From the NCBI GenBank assembly GCA_029977705.1, contig JAPOKJ010000011.1, forward strand, positions 3,014 to 67,013: a stretch of 64,000 nt of DNA. The letters are read 5' to 3'. The notes beneath the pieces were generated by a model, which saw only the letters and a program-made list of their open reading frames with translations, did no database searches and was not told the DNA's origin. Below, piece by piece: positions 63,093 to 64,000 of the stretch (position 1 is its first letter; each line of letters starts with the position of its first letter). Origin of the DNA: Burkholderiales bacterium (GTDB lineage Bacteria > Pseudomonadota > Gammaproteobacteria > Burkholderiales > Burkholderiaceae_E). Both the position numbers and the translations under genes were made by a program.

Positions 63093-63156
63093 AGTATGCC
63101 ATGGCCCCTCACGCGCATCTGGCCGCCGGACCGCGTCCTGGGCACGGGGCTACAAT
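63093..63156. promoter_or_regulatory. Divergent -10-like hexamers: minus CATACT (63098-63093) for tsaD and plus TACAAT (63151-63156) for the downstream oxidoreductase
   Basis: CATACT lies 7 nt before the tsaD ATG with no SD. TACAAT lies 36 nt before ATG 63193. Confidence 0.3.
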
Positions 63157-63192
63157 CAGGGTCCTCAACGATCCGAGTCTTTCCCCGATCCC

Positions 63193-64000
63193 ATGCAAGC
63201 GCCCGACGCTCCCATCCTGCGCGACATCGTCCTGGTCGGGGGCGGGCACAGCCATGTGGGGGTGCTCAAGCACTTCGCGATGCAGCCGATGGCGGGTGTC
63301 CGGGTCACGGTCATCTGCACCGACACACATACACCCTACTCGGGCATGCTGCCGGGTTACATCGCCGGCCACTATCCCTATGATGATTGCCACATCGATC
63401 TGAGCCGCCTGGCCGAATCGGCACGCGCGCGCCTGCTGCGCGACCGGGTCATCGGCATCGATCGCGGCCAGCGCAAGGTGCTGTGCGCGGGACGACCGCC
63501 GGTGCCCTACGACCTGCTGTCGATCAATATCGGCTCCACGCCGCAGGTGGCACAGGTGCCTGGCGCCCTCGAGAATGCGGTACCGGTCAAGCCGATCGTG
63601 CAGTTCAACCAGCGCTGGCTGGCCCTGCTCGAGCGGGTACGCTCGCATGCCGGGCGCACGACCCTGGCTGTGGTGGGCGGCGGCGCAGGAGGCGTCGAGA
63701 TGGTGCTGGCGATGCAGTACCGGCTGCGCCGCGAGCTGCAGCAACAGGGGCGCAATCCCGAAGAACTGGTCTTTCACCTGTTCAACAGCAGCGCCGAGAT
63801 CCTGCCCACCCACAATGCCCGGGTGCGCGCGATGTTTCGCAAGACCCTGCTCGAGCGCGGCGTGATCCTTCACGATCGTGCCCTCGTCAGCGAGGTGCGC
63901 CCGCACTTGCTGATCACCGCTCAGGGCGAGCAGGTGGCGGCTGACGAAATCGTCTGGGTGACGCGGGCCGGTGGTGCTGCCTGGTTGCGCGACACCGGGC
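63193..64000 (+). CDS. FAD/NAD(P)-binding pyridine nucleotide-disulfide oxidoreductase family protein, N-terminal part (3' end outside window)
   Basis: I translated this myself because it is absent from the ORF track (no stop within the window): [32 protein letters not shown]...[15 protein letters not shown]...[11 protein letters not shown]. It contains two Rossmann GxGxxG motifs. This domain type is often fused or adjacent to SelD in other genomes (from memory). Confidence 0.7.
   Translation, partial: MQAPDAPILRDIVLVGGGHSHVGVLKHFAMQPMAGVRVTVICTDTHTPYSGMLPGYIAGHYPYDDCHIDLSRLAESARARLLRDRVIGIDRGQRKVLCAGRPPVPYDLLSINIGSTPQVAQVPGALENAVPVKPIVQFNQRWLALLERVRSHAGRTTLAVVGGGAGGVEMVLAMQYRLRRELQQQGRNPEELVFHLFNSSAEILPTHNARVRAMFRKTLLERGVILHDRALVSEVRPHLLITAQGEQVAADEIVWVTRAGGAAWLRDTG

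Noticed and set aside
63109-63906. A 265-aa minus-strand ORF at the right end of the window.
   Set aside because: The plus strand in the same region translates to a protein with two Rossmann GxGxxG motifs and a conserved oxidoreductase N-terminus. The minus-strand ORF is its antisense artefact.

Overview
The window is a tightly packed, high-GC chromosomal core segment. By eye it is about two-thirds G+C. It looks like a Burkholderiales-type betaproteobacterium, an inference from the tandem Bug/TctC-family binding proteins and the gene order. I call about 58 protein-coding genes. I see no rRNA, tRNA, CRISPR array, transposase or prophage. Many neighbouring genes overlap as ATGA or GTGA, which suggests translational coupling.

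Gene content, left to right:
- Pho regulon block: pstS' (truncated at the window edge), pstCAB, phoU, ppk, and phoR-phoB. A TDO-like heme protein and an OlsB-like N-acyltransferase sit between ppk and phoR.
- galE, then a coupled three-gene module: unknown protein, APH-family kinase, small helical protein.
- Three tandem Bug (TctC-family) binding proteins, the third frameshifted, followed by a family III CoA-transferase.
- Housekeeping operon: HAD hydrolase, pcnB, folK, DUF486 protein, then a deoxynucleoside kinase.
- hda and perM, divergent from purM, then tamA-tamB.
- gntK and a short gnd, then mutL, an MFS transporter and miaA.
- dedA, an amidohydrolase, and a J-domain/zinc-ribbon/PilZ fusion protein.
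- A GlxA/AraC-regulated catabolic cluster: unknown protein, ornithine cyclodeaminase-like enzyme, orphan family-5 binding protein, dimethylglycine-dehydrogenase-like enzyme.
- A membrane GGDEF cyclase, then tsaE-amiC-NUDIX, queG, xerD, ybaK, plsY, a ROK kinase and tsaD.

The observations most worth a second look:
1. The kinase module, which resembles the LvaA/LvaB pair.
2. The divergent TDO-like plus N-acyltransferase pair inside the Pho locus.
3. The J-PilZ fusion protein.
4. Pho boxes, and a recurring -10 hexamer placed directly before start codons, which suggests leaderless or near-leaderless mRNAs.

All functional calls rest on motifs and remembered family sequences read by eye. No database search was run.
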